Made by a program: the position numbers and the translations under genes. From an uncultured delta proteobacterium (GTDB lineage Bacteria > Myxococcota_A > Polyangia > Polyangiales > Houyiibacteriaceae): a DNA stretch of 64,000 bases. The notes beneath the pieces are model-generated. The model made no database searches and was not told the origin of the DNA. It was given only the letters and a program-made list of their open reading frames with translations. Shown here in pieces: positions 39,785 through 50,318 of the stretch (positions are counted from its first letter, which is position 1; every line of letters begins with the position of its first letter). The DNA lies in the NCBI GenBank assembly GCA_963699755.1, contig CAVOVB010000005.1:96001-160000 (forward strand), read 5' to 3'.

Positions 39785-40264
39785 TCAATCGGTTTCCTGG
39801 GTAGAGAGCGTCCCCTTGGGGGGGAGGAGGGCTCGGAGCTCCATGTTGGCTGGGAGGGGGGTGCCGCGGAGCCAGGCCACGCCTCCTTTTTTGAAGCGGA
39901 TCCAGTGGCCGTCGGGGTTGCCGATGGTGAGGAGGGAGAGGGCGTCGCTCATCCAGGGCTCGTGGCCCACGCAAGCAACTTGCTCTCCTTCCAGGGATGC
40001 AAAGAAGTCCTCCTTTGGCGGCCCGGCAAGATCGTCGACCGCGATCAAGGGCCCATCGTTGAGCGGGGCCAGGAGCTCCGCGGTCTGGAGCGCGCGGAGC
40101 CAAGGGCTGTGGTAGACGCGGTCGAATCGAAAGCCAGCGCGCGCGAGACTTCGAACGACCAGCTTGAATCGGCTGCGGCCTTTGTCGGTGAGCGCTCGTT
40201 CGACATCGGGGAGGCCCTCCCTTCCCTCTTCGGCGATCGCGTGGCGTATTAGGAATAGGTCCAT
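39785..40264 (-). CDS. sixA: Phosphohistidine phosphatase
   Basis: LIRHAIAE, RALTDKG, SPWLRALQTA, VGHEP, FKKGG. Confidence 0.88.
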   Translation of the reverse strand: MDLFLIRHAIAEEGREGLPDVERALTDKGRSRFKLVVRSLARAGFRFDRVYHSPWLRALQTAELLAPLNDGPLIAVDDLAGPPKEDFFASLEGEQVACVGHEPWMSDALSLLTIGNPDGHWIRFKKGGVAWLRGTPLPANMELRALLPPKGTLSTQETD

Positions 40265-40270
40265 GGTTCT

Positions 40271-41761
40271 TCATTCCCCTTCGAAGCCGGTGAGTTTCAA
40301 GCCGGACTGTTTGACGAGTCGCTGCTCGCGTTCGAGGTCTGCGCGCGCGAGCGGGTGAGCGGCGAGCCACTCTTCGTTGAACGTGAGCGCGAGCTCGTTG
40401 CCGTCTGCGCTGAGGTGCGGAAGCGAGACGAGATCTGGATCGCGGTTGCGATTGATCAGAACCGCGAGGCGAAGCAAGGCGCAGAGGCGCATCGCGGTCA
40501 TGCGAAGCTCGAGCGGCAGCGCCTCGAAAAAAGACTCGTCGAACTTCCGTCGGTGCCCACGAATCAGGGCGGCGACCAAGGCCTGCTCGTCGCGCGAGAA
40601 ACCCGGCAAATCGGATGAGGCGACGAGATAGGCGCCGTGCTTGTGATGCCCGGTGTAGTTCACTGCGAGGCCGATCTCATGAAGCTGAGCCGCCCAGCCA
40701 AGCGCGTGCGCGGCGTCGACAGATTGAAGCTCCCAGTCTTGCGCGACCTGGCCCAGCAGACCGAGGGCAGTGGCTCGAACGCGGTCGGCGTGCACCTGGT
40801 CGATCGAATATCGCTGGGCCAACATCGCGATCGTTCGATCGCGTGGATCCTCGTCGTGAATGCGCCCCAGCATGTCGTAGAGGAGGCCCTCGCGGAGAGC
40901 GGTCGGAGACACCCACATCTCGTCGATGCCGAGCTGGTCGAAGACGGTGCTGAGGATCGCGACCCCCCCTGCGAAAACCTGTCGACGGTCGGCGTCGAGC
41001 GCTGGGAGCTCGAGCTTCTCGAGCCGGCCAGCCGTCACCATCGCCTGCTCCAGCTTGCCGAGCCCTTCGGCGGTGATGGTACCATGCGCCCAGCCCGCTT
41101 CGTCGAGAATGGCCGCGACCGAGCGAATCGTCCCCGAGGCACCGTAGGCGCGCTCCCATCCTGCGGTGCGAAGCCGCATTTCGACTGGCTGAAGCTCGAG
41201 GCCAGCGGCGAGCTTGGCCTTGTTCATGCGCTTGCGGCTGATCTTGCCATCGTCGAAGAACTGCTTGGTGAAGCCAACGCAGCCCATGTACATGCTGTGC
41301 ACCGCCACCGGTTCGAAGGCATCGCCGATGATGAACTCGGTGCTACCGCCACCGATGTCCACGACGAGCCGTCGCGCCGGGGCGCCTGCGATGCCATGGG
41401 AGACACCGAGGTAGATCAGACGCGCTTCTTCGCGGCCGGGGATGACTTCGATTTGATGCCCGAGAGCCTCACTCGCCTGCTGCAAGAGCTGGCGGGAGTT
41501 GCGCGCCTTGCGGAGGGTGTTCGTCCCAACCGCCCTCACCTGCTCTGCCCCGAAGTCACGAAGCCTCTGCCCAAATAGCGTGAGGCACTTGAGCGCGCGG
41601 GCTTGCGACTCCTCGTCGAGCGAGCCGTCTTCTTGGAGGCCTGCCGCCAGGTGCACCGGCTCGCGAATGCGATCGACGATTTGAACGCCGCCATGATCGA
41701 CGCGGGCAATCACCATGTGAAAGCTGTTCGACCCCAGGTCTACTGCAGCGAGTGACTCCAT
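40271..41761 (-). CDS. ppx: Exopolyphosphatase Ppx/GppA
   Basis: DLGSNSFH, GREEARL, DIGGGSTE, ALREG, LHEIG. Confidence 0.93.
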   Translation of the reverse strand: MESLAAVDLGSNSFHMVIARVDHGGVQIVDRIREPVHLAAGLQEDGSLDEESQARALKCLTLFGQRLRDFGAEQVRAVGTNTLRKARNSRQLLQQASEALGHQIEVIPGREEARLIYLGVSHGIAGAPARRLVVDIGGGSTEFIIGDAFEPVAVHSMYMGCVGFTKQFFDDGKISRKRMNKAKLAAGLELQPVEMRLRTAGWERAYGASGTIRSVAAILDEAGWAHGTITAEGLGKLEQAMVTAGRLEKLELPALDADRRQVFAGGVAILSTVFDQLGIDEMWVSPTALREGLLYDMLGRIHDEDPRDRTIAMLAQRYSIDQVHADRVRATALGLLGQVAQDWELQSVDAAHALGWAAQLHEIGLAVNYTGHHKHGAYLVASSDLPGFSRDEQALVAALIRGHRRKFDESFFEALPLELRMTAMRLCALLRLAVLINRNRDPDLVSLPHLSADGNELALTFNEEWLAAHPLARADLEREQRLVKQSGLKLTGFEGE

Positions 41762-41926
41762 CCGCCCCTGGAACGCACTTTAGCCTAGTTTGCCGCCGAG
41801 GCCGCTGATTCTCTTCACGGTCTGAATGGGGCCCGACGCGCGTGAACGCCGAATCCCAGCCTGGTCCTACTTCGTCGCGATTCGGACTGCCGGCTCGCCT
41901 GCGGCCCCTCGAAACCCGGCAACCAG

Positions 41927-44869
41927 CTAGCGCTCGATGTAGCCGATCGCTTCTAGGTGGGCGGCTACGTCCTCGTCGAGCTCCACGGAGTCGGCGACGA
42001 CCGCTGCTTCCCGGGCTACTGCGCGCTGCTCGAGCAGCGACTTGGTCGCCACGCGGACCTGGTCCGGAGAGGACTCCGCTAGATTCTCTTGCTCGTCGGG
42101 ATCGAGATCGACGCGGTAGAGCTCGATTGGGGCGAGGCCGCGCGGGTTGTCACGGTTCGCCGTGATCAGCTTGTACTCATCGGTGCCCGCGAGCTCGCGC
42201 ACCGACTCGAGGACATTGCCCTCGTGGCTCTCTTCGGCATACACGACGTCGGTGCCCATGAAGAGGTCGCCACCCTGGACGCCATCGGGAACGGGCTTGT
42301 CGAAGAGCGTCAGAACAGTGGGCATCAAGTCGATGCTCTGCACCCAGTGACGAACCACAGTTCCGCCCCGCCGGCTCTGCGGGAGCTTCACCAGCAGAGG
42401 CACGCGCACCTGCTCATCGTAGAGCGTGGTGCCGTGCCAGAAGCCCCCGTGCTCGTTGAACTCCTCGCCGTGATCGCTGGTCACGATGATCGTGAGCTCG
42501 TCGTAGAGCTCGCGCGTTCGGAGCCCATCGAGGAGCTTGCCGAGCTCGGCGTCCCAGTAGCTGATCTCGCCGTCGTAGAGCGCGGCGAGCGCCGGAGCTT
42601 CTGAGGGGTCGGGATGTTGATGCGCGGCACGTGCATAGCCGCTGCCATCGTAGGGGTGGGCAAAGTAGGGGTCGTGCGGGTCCATGTACCCGACGAAGAG
42701 AAACCACGGAGCCGTGGACTGCCGGTCGATCCACGACGTGAGCGCCGCGTTGACGGTTCCGGCGTCCTGGTAGGCAGTGCCCGCAAGCACTTCTCCTTGC
42801 ATCGCCCGCATCTTCTCGACGCGCTGACGAATGAACTGCATCAGCAGGAGCTTGGCGCTGGCATCGTCCGCGCCGAGCACGAACTCCGGCTCGAGATAAA
42901 CGTACTCGTCGAAGCCCTGGTGGAAGTTGAAGTAGGGCGCGACGTTGAAATTGGTCACGTAGCCGGCTGTCGCGTAGCCCGCGGCCTTCAAGGCTTCCGG
43001 CAATGTGGTGACTGCGTCGGGTAGCGCATCGCTCTTGGACATGACGCCGTGACTCGACGGGAGTCGACCGGTCAGAATCGACGCGAAGCTCGGGCGCGTC
43101 CAGCTCGAGTTGGTGAAGGCTTGGTCGAAGCGAATCGCGTCCTCGGCGAGGCGTTCGAGATTGGGCGTGCTGCCAGCCTCATACCCGTAAAGGGACAGGT
43201 GATCGGCACGCAAGGTGTCGACCACGATGAAGAGCACGTTGCCGGCCTGAGCGTTGGCTGCCACGCCGTCATTCGAGGGGCGCCGGCCGGAGATGCGATC
43301 ACCGAACGCGAGGTTGCCGGCAAGTGCGAGCCCGAGGACAGCCAACAAGGCGATCGCCGTCGAGGCATGAAGCACGCGCCCAAACGGCCGTCGCTTTGCG
43401 AGCGTCCACAGGCCCCGGGCAATCAACGCGCTGACGCCGGCTGCCACCAGCGCACAAGCCATGAGGACCGCGAGCCCGATGGCGCTCTTCCAGACCAGCT
43501 CCTCGTGGAAGAGGTCGCGACGAATGCGAAACGCCCCGAGCGCGAACGCAAACATGCCGAAGATCGCAGCTGCAAAGTAGCCGAAGGCGTCTCTTTCATG
43601 AAGCGCGTAGCGTTTCATCCAGCGCCCGCTCAGCGCCGTCGCGAAACCGAGACCTGCACCGAAGGCGCCGCAAAAGAGCCCGTAGGCGAGCGGACCGTAG
43701 AGAAAGACACGGACCCCGGTCGCCCCTGCAGACGACAGCGCGATGACGCTTGCTTCGCCCAGGCCAACCAGAACGCCTCCCATGACCCCAGCGGTGAACC
43801 CGACCACGAGCCCGCGCAGCGGATGCGGTCGCGCCGACGGCGGTGCATGCGGGATGGCCTGACTCACGAGGTCCTCGCGTTCGGGATCCTCGACGCGAAT
43901 CTCTGGACTGTATCCGGACTTTCGCAGAAGGAAGATCACACCGCCGAAGGCCGAGACGAACATCTCGCAGGCAAAGCCGAGGGTGGGAATGAGGACCGCG
44001 ACCGCTAGCGGCAGTCCGACAGCAGGTGACGTGTAGAGCGCGACCGCTGCGGCCTCTCGAAGCCCGATCCCGTTGATCGATGCGGGGATGAGCGTTGCTA
44101 GGATCTGCAAAGAAGATGCGAAGAAGACTTCGCCGATGCCAAGCTCGACGCCCAGCGCGCGCGCCGCGCAGACGTAGATGAGATTGTTGAACGCGTGCGT
44201 CCCAACGCCGAGCGTGGCGGCTTGAATCAGGAGGCCAGCCTTGCCCCGGTAGGCCCCGACCGCGTCGATCAGGGTTTGAACGCGCGCGCGAATCCCGTCT
44301 GGAACGAAACGCGTGAAGAAGAGGAAGAGCTGCGGCTGGGCGAGGAAGGCAATGCCGACGACGATGATCGCGAGAAAGACCGCGTTCACCAGGATCACGC
44401 CGTCGGTGCCGATGAAGCGCATCCCGAAGATGCTGCCGATCATGACGACCACGCCGAAGGCGAGTTGACCGAGAATCATCTCGACGCCGATCGTCGCGGT
44501 CGCGCGGGCGGCCTTGCCGGTGTGCTTGGCGACGTCGTAGATGCGCCAGCCCCCAAAACCGGTGAAGCCTCCCGGCGTGAATGCACCCCAGAAGCGGGCG
44601 ATCATGATCGAGCCACCGAGGAAGCCCCATTTGGCGAAAATCCCCTGGCCCACCAGGAGGCGCTGCCAGCGCACGGTGCTGAAGGCGATCGCGATCAGCT
44701 GCATGAGCACCGCGGCCGCGACCCAGCCCCAGCTCAGGTCGTTCAGATGTTCGAAGAGCTCCCCCGCACCATCCCGGCGGAGCACCTTCTGAAAGATGAA
44801 CACCAGCATGCCGACGGAGAACACCAGCTTCAAAACGAAGAAGGTGATTCGTTTTGGATTTCCGCTCAC
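41927..44869 (-). CDS. Fusion of lysylphosphatidylglycerol-synthase-type TM (flippase-like) domain and sulfatase/alkaline-phosphatase-superfamily domain
   Basis: N-terminal multi-TM (RWQRLL, PASINGIGLRE); VDTLRADH, SWTRPSFASILTG, YMDPHDPY, TSDHGE, HGTTLY. GTG start at 44869 or 44899. Confidence 0.85.
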   Translation of the reverse strand: MSGNPKRITFFVLKLVFSVGMLVFIFQKVLRRDGAGELFEHLNDLSWGWVAAAVLMQLIAIAFSTVRWQRLLVGQGIFAKWGFLGGSIMIARFWGAFTPGGFTGFGGWRIYDVAKHTGKAARATATIGVEMILGQLAFGVVVMIGSIFGMRFIGTDGVILVNAVFLAIIVVGIAFLAQPQLFLFFTRFVPDGIRARVQTLIDAVGAYRGKAGLLIQAATLGVGTHAFNNLIYVCAARALGVELGIGEVFFASSLQILATLIPASINGIGLREAAAVALYTSPAVGLPLAVAVLIPTLGFACEMFVSAFGGVIFLLRKSGYSPEIRVEDPEREDLVSQAIPHAPPSARPHPLRGLVVGFTAGVMGGVLVGLGEASVIALSSAGATGVRVFLYGPLAYGLFCGAFGAGLGFATALSGRWMKRYALHERDAFGYFAAAIFGMFAFALGAFRIRRDLFHEELVWKSAIGLAVLMACALVAAGVSALIARGLWTLAKRRPFGRVLHASTAIALLAVLGLALAGNLAFGDRISGRRPSNDGVAANAQAGNVLFIVVDTLRADHLSLYGYEAGSTPNLERLAEDAIRFDQAFTNSSWTRPSFASILTGRLPSSHGVMSKSDALPDAVTTLPEALKAAGYATAGYVTNFNVAPYFNFHQGFDEYVYLEPEFVLGADDASAKLLLMQFIRQRVEKMRAMQGEVLAGTAYQDAGTVNAALTSWIDRQSTAPWFLFVGYMDPHDPYFAHPYDGSGYARAAHQHPDPSEAPALAALYDGEISYWDAELGKLLDGLRTRELYDELTIIVTSDHGEEFNEHGGFWHGTTLYDEQVRVPLLVKLPQSRRGGTVVRHWVQSIDLMPTVLTLFDKPVPDGVQGGDLFMGTDVVYAEESHEGNVLESVRELAGTDEYKLITANRDNPRGLAPIELYRVDLDPDEQENLAESSPDQVRVATKSLLEQRAVAREAAVVADSVELDEDVAAHLEAIGYIER

Positions 44870-44981
44870 ATCCCCTGCGGGCTGAGGTAACTGGTACACG
44901 CTAAAGGGTCAAATTGCCTACGCGGGGCGGGGGTTTTGGCGCTTGGTTGCGCGGAGCTTCGCCGGTTGGTAGCGACGCCAG

Positions 44982-46333
44982 ATGCGACATCAAGCGATGA
45001 CTCGATTTGGGATTTGGGCTCTGTTCTTCCTGCTGGCCTGTCAGGGGGGGAGAAATCGGCTCCGACGCAGGCACCTGCTGCGTCTGCGCAAGAGGCGAGC
45101 GCGGAAAAGGCAGCGAAGCTAGCGGAGGCCCCGAAGGAGCCGACGCCGACAGGCCGGCTCGGCGACTCGCTCCCAAACGGACTGCTGCTTTCGTATTCGC
45201 AGTTCCAGGTCGTCGATGGAAAGGCGACAGCCAAGCCGGGGCCGGCCCGGCTGGACATCCTGACCCGCGAAGGCGGAGAGTGGAAAAGCGAGACGGTCGA
45301 GGACGCGCAGAGCAACGTCTTCCACAAAGCGATGTTGCTAAGGCCGCGTGGGCAGGCGCCGGGCATCCTGACCCTCGGCGGCTCTGGCGCCTACGTGAAG
45401 CTTTGGCGGCGGACCAAGGGTAGGCTTCAGCCGAGCACCCTCTGGCAGGCGGAGTTCGGCGGGAAGTTCAACCGCATGCGCGATGCCGAGATCGCGGACC
45501 TCTATGGCGACGGAACCCCGGCGATCGCAGTTGCAACCCACGACCAAGGTGTCGTTGCGGTGCTGCGTCAGCAAGCGAACAAGTGGAAGGTCGAGCGGAT
45601 CGACGAGAAGAAGGACACCTTCGTTCATGAGATCGAGATCGGTGACCTCGACAAGGACGGTGTGCTCGAGGTCTACGCCACGCCGAGCGAGCCGAACAAG
45701 CTCGACGCCGAGGCGCAGCACGGCGAGGTGGTGCGCTACGTGCCCAAGCAGGGGAAAGGCCCGACCATCGTCGCAGACCTCGGGAAGCGGCACGCCAAGG
45801 AGATCTTCGTCGGCGACGTCGATGGGGACGGAACCGACGAGCTCTACGTAGCGGTCGAAGCGCTCACGACGGGAAGCGGCGGGAGCCTCGAGATCGTCGA
45901 GCCCGTGGAGATTCGCCGCTACGACGCGGACACGGCACCCGACGCCAAGGTGACCATCGCGACCATCCCCGATCGACTCTGCCGGTTCTTGACGGCAGGT
46001 GACGTCGATGGCGACGGAAAGAAAGAACTGGTTGCGGCATCGTTCAGCAAGGGCTTGTGGCTCCTACGGCCCGGTAAGGATCCAAAGTCCGACTGGGGGA
46101 TCGAAAGCATCGACCGCGATTCGGGCGGCTTCGAGCACGCTGCACTGCTGACCGACCTCGACGAAGACGGCACCGACGAGCTCTACGTCGCAGCCGACGC
46201 CCAAGGTGAGCTCCGCCGTTACACCTGGTTACGCGGCCGCCCAAAGCGCGAGGTCATCCTCAAGCGAGACATCCCCATGTCCCGAATGACCTGGAACATC
46301 ATGCCCGTTCCAGTCAGCGCACTCGGCCGCTAG
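44982..46333 (+). CDS. FG-GAP/VCBS-repeat lipoprotein, frameshifted at a G7 tract
   Basis: GDLDKDG, GDVDGDG x2, DLDEDG repeats; signal peptide MRHQAMTRFGIWALFFLLAC lies in another frame up to G7 at 45044-45050. Confidence 0.75.
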
Positions 46334-46346
46334 GACTGGCGCGGGC

Positions 46347-46376
46347 GCTGACACTGCCGCTGACACTGCCGCTGCC
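46347..46376. repeat. Short intergenic tandem repeat gctgacactgcc x2 plus a partial copy, between convergent genes
   Basis: Read directly from the sequence. Confidence 0.6.
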
Positions 46377-46380
46377 GCCC

Positions 46381-46917
46381 CTACCCCTCGCGCAGCCGGG
46401 GAATCAACTCTGCGAAGTTGCAAGGCCGGAAGCGAATATCGAGCTGGTACCTGAGGATGTTTGTCCAGGCGTCTTTGCAGGCTCCCGTCGAACCGGGCAA
46501 CGCAAACAGATAGGTGCCTCGCGCAACGCCGGCGCAGGCGCGCGACTGAATCGTGGAGGTGCCGATCTGCTCGTAGCTCAGCATGCGGAAGAGCTCCCCA
46601 AAACCCGGGATCGGTTTCTCCCAGACCGATTCGAATACTTCGGGGGTCACATCGCGGGCGGTGACGCCGGTGCCGCCGGTCGCGAGGACGACCTCGATGT
46701 TGGGCTCGTTGACCCAGCGCCGGAGCTGAACTTCGATGCGCTTGCGATCGTCTGGGATGATGACCTTGTCCATCACCTGATGGCCGGCCTCGAGCGCGCT
46801 CTCGACGAGGTAGGCGCCCGACTTGTCGGTCGCTTCGGTACGTGTATCGGAGACCGTCATCACGGCGATGCGCAGCCCCTTGAACGGAATCGATTTGTCG
46901 AAGCGTGCTTCTCCCAT
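46381..46917 (-). CDS. moaB: Molybdenum cofactor biosynthesis protein B
   Basis: TVSDTR, DKSG, TGGTG, DVTPE, GFGELFR, LPGS, PCNF. Confidence 0.92.
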   Translation of the reverse strand: MGEARFDKSIPFKGLRIAVMTVSDTRTEATDKSGAYLVESALEAGHQVMDKVIIPDDRKRIEVQLRRWVNEPNIEVVLATGGTGVTARDVTPEVFESVWEKPIPGFGELFRMLSYEQIGTSTIQSRACAGVARGTYLFALPGSTGACKDAWTNILRYQLDIRFRPCNFAELIPRLREG

Positions 46918-46918
46918 C

Positions 46919-47338
46919 CTATTCCTCCAATGCCGTGCTCAGGGCGGTCGCCAGCTTGGCGCCCTCTCCGCGGTCGAGCTTCCCGGGCGCCCATTCGATG
47001 AGCAGCCCCTGATTGACGCTAGGCTTGGGAATGATGTGGAAGTGAACGTGGAACACCGCCTGGTGCGCCATCGGGCCGTTGTTTTGGAGGATGTTGAGCT
47101 GCTCGGCCCCGGTCACCGCCATGATCGCTCGACAAAGCCTTGGCAGCACGCGCCCAATGGCGGCGGCGGATTCATCCGAAAGCTGGTCGAGCGTGGCAAC
47201 CGCTTCCTTTGGGATCACCAGCGTATGTCCATAGCTCAGAGGGCCGATATCGAGAAACGCGAAGACGAGCTCATCCTCGTACACCTTGTGACAAGGGATG
47301 TCTCCGCGAAGAATCTTGGTGAAGATCGTGTCCGCCAT
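46919..47338 (-). CDS. HIT-family nucleotide hydrolase
   Basis: DTIFTKI, AFLDIGP, GHTLVIPK, HVHFHIIP. Confidence 0.92.
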   Translation of the reverse strand: MADTIFTKILRGDIPCHKVYEDELVFAFLDIGPLSYGHTLVIPKEAVATLDQLSDESAAAIGRVLPRLCRAIMAVTGAEQLNILQNNGPMAHQAVFHVHFHIIPKPSVNQGLLIEWAPGKLDRGEGAKLATALSTALEE

Positions 47339-47454
47339 GTCGCGGAGCTTATACGCTTGAGGCGGAAGCGACCAGGTCACGCCGCGCACTGAAACGATGC
47401 TCCGCCCTGCGGTGCGCGGGGAGGGGGTGGCGGCGCGGGCTTTGCTGACCGTCG

Positions 47455-48705
47455 CTAGGGAGGCATCGACGTCACGCGCGATTGCCTGAGCCAGAACAAG
47501 CGGCTGGGCACTGGGGCGCGGGGCGCCTTCACCTGGCGCGCAGCCTCCAGCCAGTGGTCGATGTAGGTGCGGTGGTCGCGCCAGCATTGTTTCGGATCGG
47601 CAGCAGGCTGGAGACAGGCGTCTTGCAAATGCTCGCGATCGTCCGCGAATCGGACCCTACGGTCGTGGTAGCTCTCGAGGCAGGCGCGGTGGAGCCGTTC
47701 ATGGGCCCACCAGAGCTCTCTCGCGTCAAAGCGGGCGTCCGCGACGGCGCGCGGTGGCAGCAAATCCGGATCGAACGGAACAGGCTTGAAAACGCTCAGG
47801 CACGGCGAGGACGTCCCCGTGGCCCAGACCGTCGGGCCCGCGCCATCGAGGCGCGCGATGAGAGAGCTGGTGGTCTGAGCTGAGGTTCGGGTAGGCAGCC
47901 AAGAAGCGTGTGCGCAGGGCGACTCGCTGCGGAGCCCCTTCCCCGGCTCCAGTCCTCCGTGATCGCTGAGCGCCAAGATTAAGTCCCTGGCGCTGGGCTC
48001 TTGAAGGCCCGAAAGCGACCGGCCCGTGCAGGCGCGGCGAACGGGTGCCCCCGACATGAACGACATGAAGGGGTCCGAGAATGCGCCCGCAAAGCTGAAC
48101 GACCCGGCGGACTTCGACCAGCCGCGTTTGCGCGCGAGCTCGTAGGCCCCGCCGTGAACCCGGTCGAAGTCGGTTTCGATCGTCAGCGCGTTGGAGATCG
48201 TCGCGACCCCGCGAACCCGCTTCGCCGCCCAGTACTGCCCTGCGGTTTCGAACACCCACGCGCTCCTAGGGTCCGCGATCAAGAACGAGTTGTGATAGCG
48301 GAAGGAGCGGTGCCGATGTCCCATGGGCCCGCCTTGTGTGAAGCCCTCGGTAAGCTCGATCAGCTGCTCGAGCGCGTCGGCGGCGGTCTGGCAGGTCGTG
48401 AGCGCGACGCGTTGGAAGTCCATCCCGGTGTAACCGGTTCTTGGAACTGGCAAGCGAGTGAACACCGCCTCGTTGCCGATGGCTAGGCCGTGCTGATTGA
48501 CGCCCATCTCGCAGCCCCAGATCCAGGCAGGCCGACTGAGCAGAAGTCGCGCGCTGCCCGATGTGCCGGGCAGGCCCTTGGGCGCAGCGCCCCGGGCCGA
48601 ACCATCGTGACATTCGAGAAACTGTGCTTCGGTGGGCTCCCGATCGCTGTTCTTCGCGAACCAAACCGGCCCGATCTCGGGCACTACCACCATGGTGTCA
48701 CACAC
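47455..48705 (-). CDS. Secernin/peptidase C69-family protein
   Basis: N-terminal MCDT nucleophile, AKNSDRE, GCEMGVN, GNEAV, SVFKP. Confidence 0.85.
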   Translation of the reverse strand: MCDTMVVVPEIGPVWFAKNSDREPTEAQFLECHDGSARGAAPKGLPGTSGSARLLLSRPAWIWGCEMGVNQHGLAIGNEAVFTRLPVPRTGYTGMDFQRVALTTCQTAADALEQLIELTEGFTQGGPMGHRHRSFRYHNSFLIADPRSAWVFETAGQYWAAKRVRGVATISNALTIETDFDRVHGGAYELARKRGWSKSAGSFSFAGAFSDPFMSFMSGAPVRRACTGRSLSGLQEPSARDLILALSDHGGLEPGKGLRSESPCAHASWLPTRTSAQTTSSLIARLDGAGPTVWATGTSSPCLSVFKPVPFDPDLLPPRAVADARFDARELWWAHERLHRACLESYHDRRVRFADDREHLQDACLQPAADPKQCWRDHRTYIDHWLEAARQVKAPRAPVPSRLFWLRQSRVTSMPP

Positions 48706-48747
48706 GCCTCACCGTACCACGCTCGGCGAGGGGGGCTGACCCCATTT

Positions 48748-49518
48748 CTAATCGTCGTCGAAGCTGCCGTGGCGGCCTGCGCCTCGGCTGAATCGCGCGG
48801 CGCCGCTGGCGGTTTCGCCGCTCTCGATGGTGTCGACGCCGAGCCGCAGCTCGTTGCGCATGGCTTCTTTTTCACTCATGCCCCACTGCTCGATCGCCGA
48901 GCGACGGTCGCTGCGCATACAGCGCTGGGGATGACTTGCGATTTGATTCGCGAGCTCGATCGCAGTCTCGAGCGCCTTGCCCGTCGGCGCGACTCGGTTG
49001 GCGAGGCCCATCAGGGCGGCCTCCCCGGCGGGCACCGGGCGGCCGGTGAGAATCAGGTCCATCGCACGGCTGTGACCGATCAAGCGGGGCAAGCGAATCG
49101 TCCCGAGGTCGATGAGCGGCACCCCGAATCGACGACAAAACACGCCGAGCACCGCATCTTCGGCCACGACGCGAAGGTCGCACCAGAGTGCGAGCTCGAG
49201 GCCGCCTGCCACCGCGTGGCCTTCGATCGCGGCGATCACCGGCTTCACGAGCTGCATACGCGTCGGGCCCATCGGCCCGTCCACCTGCGGAGAGAAATCC
49301 CGCAGCTCGCCCCCGGCGACGGCTTTGAGGTCGGCGCCGGCACAGAAGGTGCCCCCGGCTCCGGTCAATACGGCCACCCGCGCTTGCTCATCCTCATCGA
49401 AGCGACGAAACGCGTCGGCGAGCGCCTCCGCCGTGGGCACGTCGACCGCGTTGCGCAGATCCGGCCGGTCGATCGTGACGACAGCGATCCTATCACGAAG
49501 CTCGTATCGAATGCTCAA
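48748..49518 (-). CDS. Enoyl-CoA hydratase/isomerase (crotonase)
   Basis: FCAGADL, AVAGGLELALWCDLR, GVPLID. Confidence 0.92.
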   Translation of the reverse strand: MSIRYELRDRIAVVTIDRPDLRNAVDVPTAEALADAFRRFDEDEQARVAVLTGAGGTFCAGADLKAVAGGELRDFSPQVDGPMGPTRMQLVKPVIAAIEGHAVAGGLELALWCDLRVVAEDAVLGVFCRRFGVPLIDLGTIRLPRLIGHSRAMDLILTGRPVPAGEAALMGLANRVAPTGKALETAIELANQIASHPQRCMRSDRRSAIEQWGMSEKEAMRNELRLGVDTIESGETASGAARFSRGAGRHGSFDDD

Positions 49519-49521
49519 CGG

Positions 49522-50205
49522 TCAACTCCGAAGGTGATACTCAGTCGCGTAAAAGGTCTCTGTCTTCTTCATGTCGAGAAAGCCACGGATGTCGTTCGCA
49601 ACGCGCAGCATGTTGGGCACCATCTTCAGAGCGCCGCCGAAAAAGCAAGTGGGGTTCAACAGGTCTCTGCGCGTGCGGCATGCTTCGAGCACGATGCCAT
49701 CGGAAGGCTCGGACCCCTCGACCACTCGCTCCACAATCACGTTGCGCTGATAGTACCAAAGCGGATGAATCTCGAGCGAGAGCGGTGTGTGGCCATCGTG
49801 CCAGCGCCGGATGAACTCGTCGGTCGGGACGCCCGCCTTCTTCCGGAGCATCGTGAGAAGGATCGGCGACGGCGTCGGCTCACCGTCATGCCAGGCCCTC
49901 TCGTACGCGACCGGATAGGCCTCCTCGACTTGGTACCCGGACACCGAGCGCGCCGCATCGCAGAGCAGCTCGGTGAAGCGAGAGGGATCGCCCGCTTCGT
50001 CGTATACATTGAAGATCGCGATCGGCTGACTCTTGAAGGGAAACAACGAGAGCTTGGGCGGCGGCGCCTCGGTCACGGTCAGCTGCAGCTTCGAGGGCCC
50101 TAGAGCCAATAGGCTTTGGGCCAGCTCACCCCGGGCGCGGGCTGCCCAGGCGCCATGGCTCTCCCCGTTGCCCCGCACGACGTAGATCCATTTCCGAGCG
50201 GTCAT
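49522..50205 (-). CDS. EthD-domain protein
   Basis: EFIRRWHDGHTPL, YQRN, DGIVLE. Confidence 0.65.
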   Translation of the reverse strand: MTARKWIYVVRGNGESHGAWAARARGELAQSLLALGPSKLQLTVTEAPPPKLSLFPFKSQPIAIFNVYDEAGDPSRFTELLCDAARSVSGYQVEEAYPVAYERAWHDGEPTPSPILLTMLRKKAGVPTDEFIRRWHDGHTPLSLEIHPLWYYQRNVIVERVVEGSEPSDGIVLEACRTRRDLLNPTCFFGGALKMVPNMLRVANDIRGFLDMKKTETFYATEYHLRS

Positions 50206-50318
50206 CAGGCGCTTTTAGTCTCGGGGCCGCGCTGCGGCAATCCTTTACGCCTTTAGGATGGTCAAACCCGGACTTGAGCCAGAAGCCGCCAGCAACTACC
50301 TTCGGCGCCGGAGGTTGC

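Noticed and set aside
48490..50103. 537-aa plus-strand ORF
   Set aside because: Antisense to the crotonase and EthD genes, which have clear motifs.
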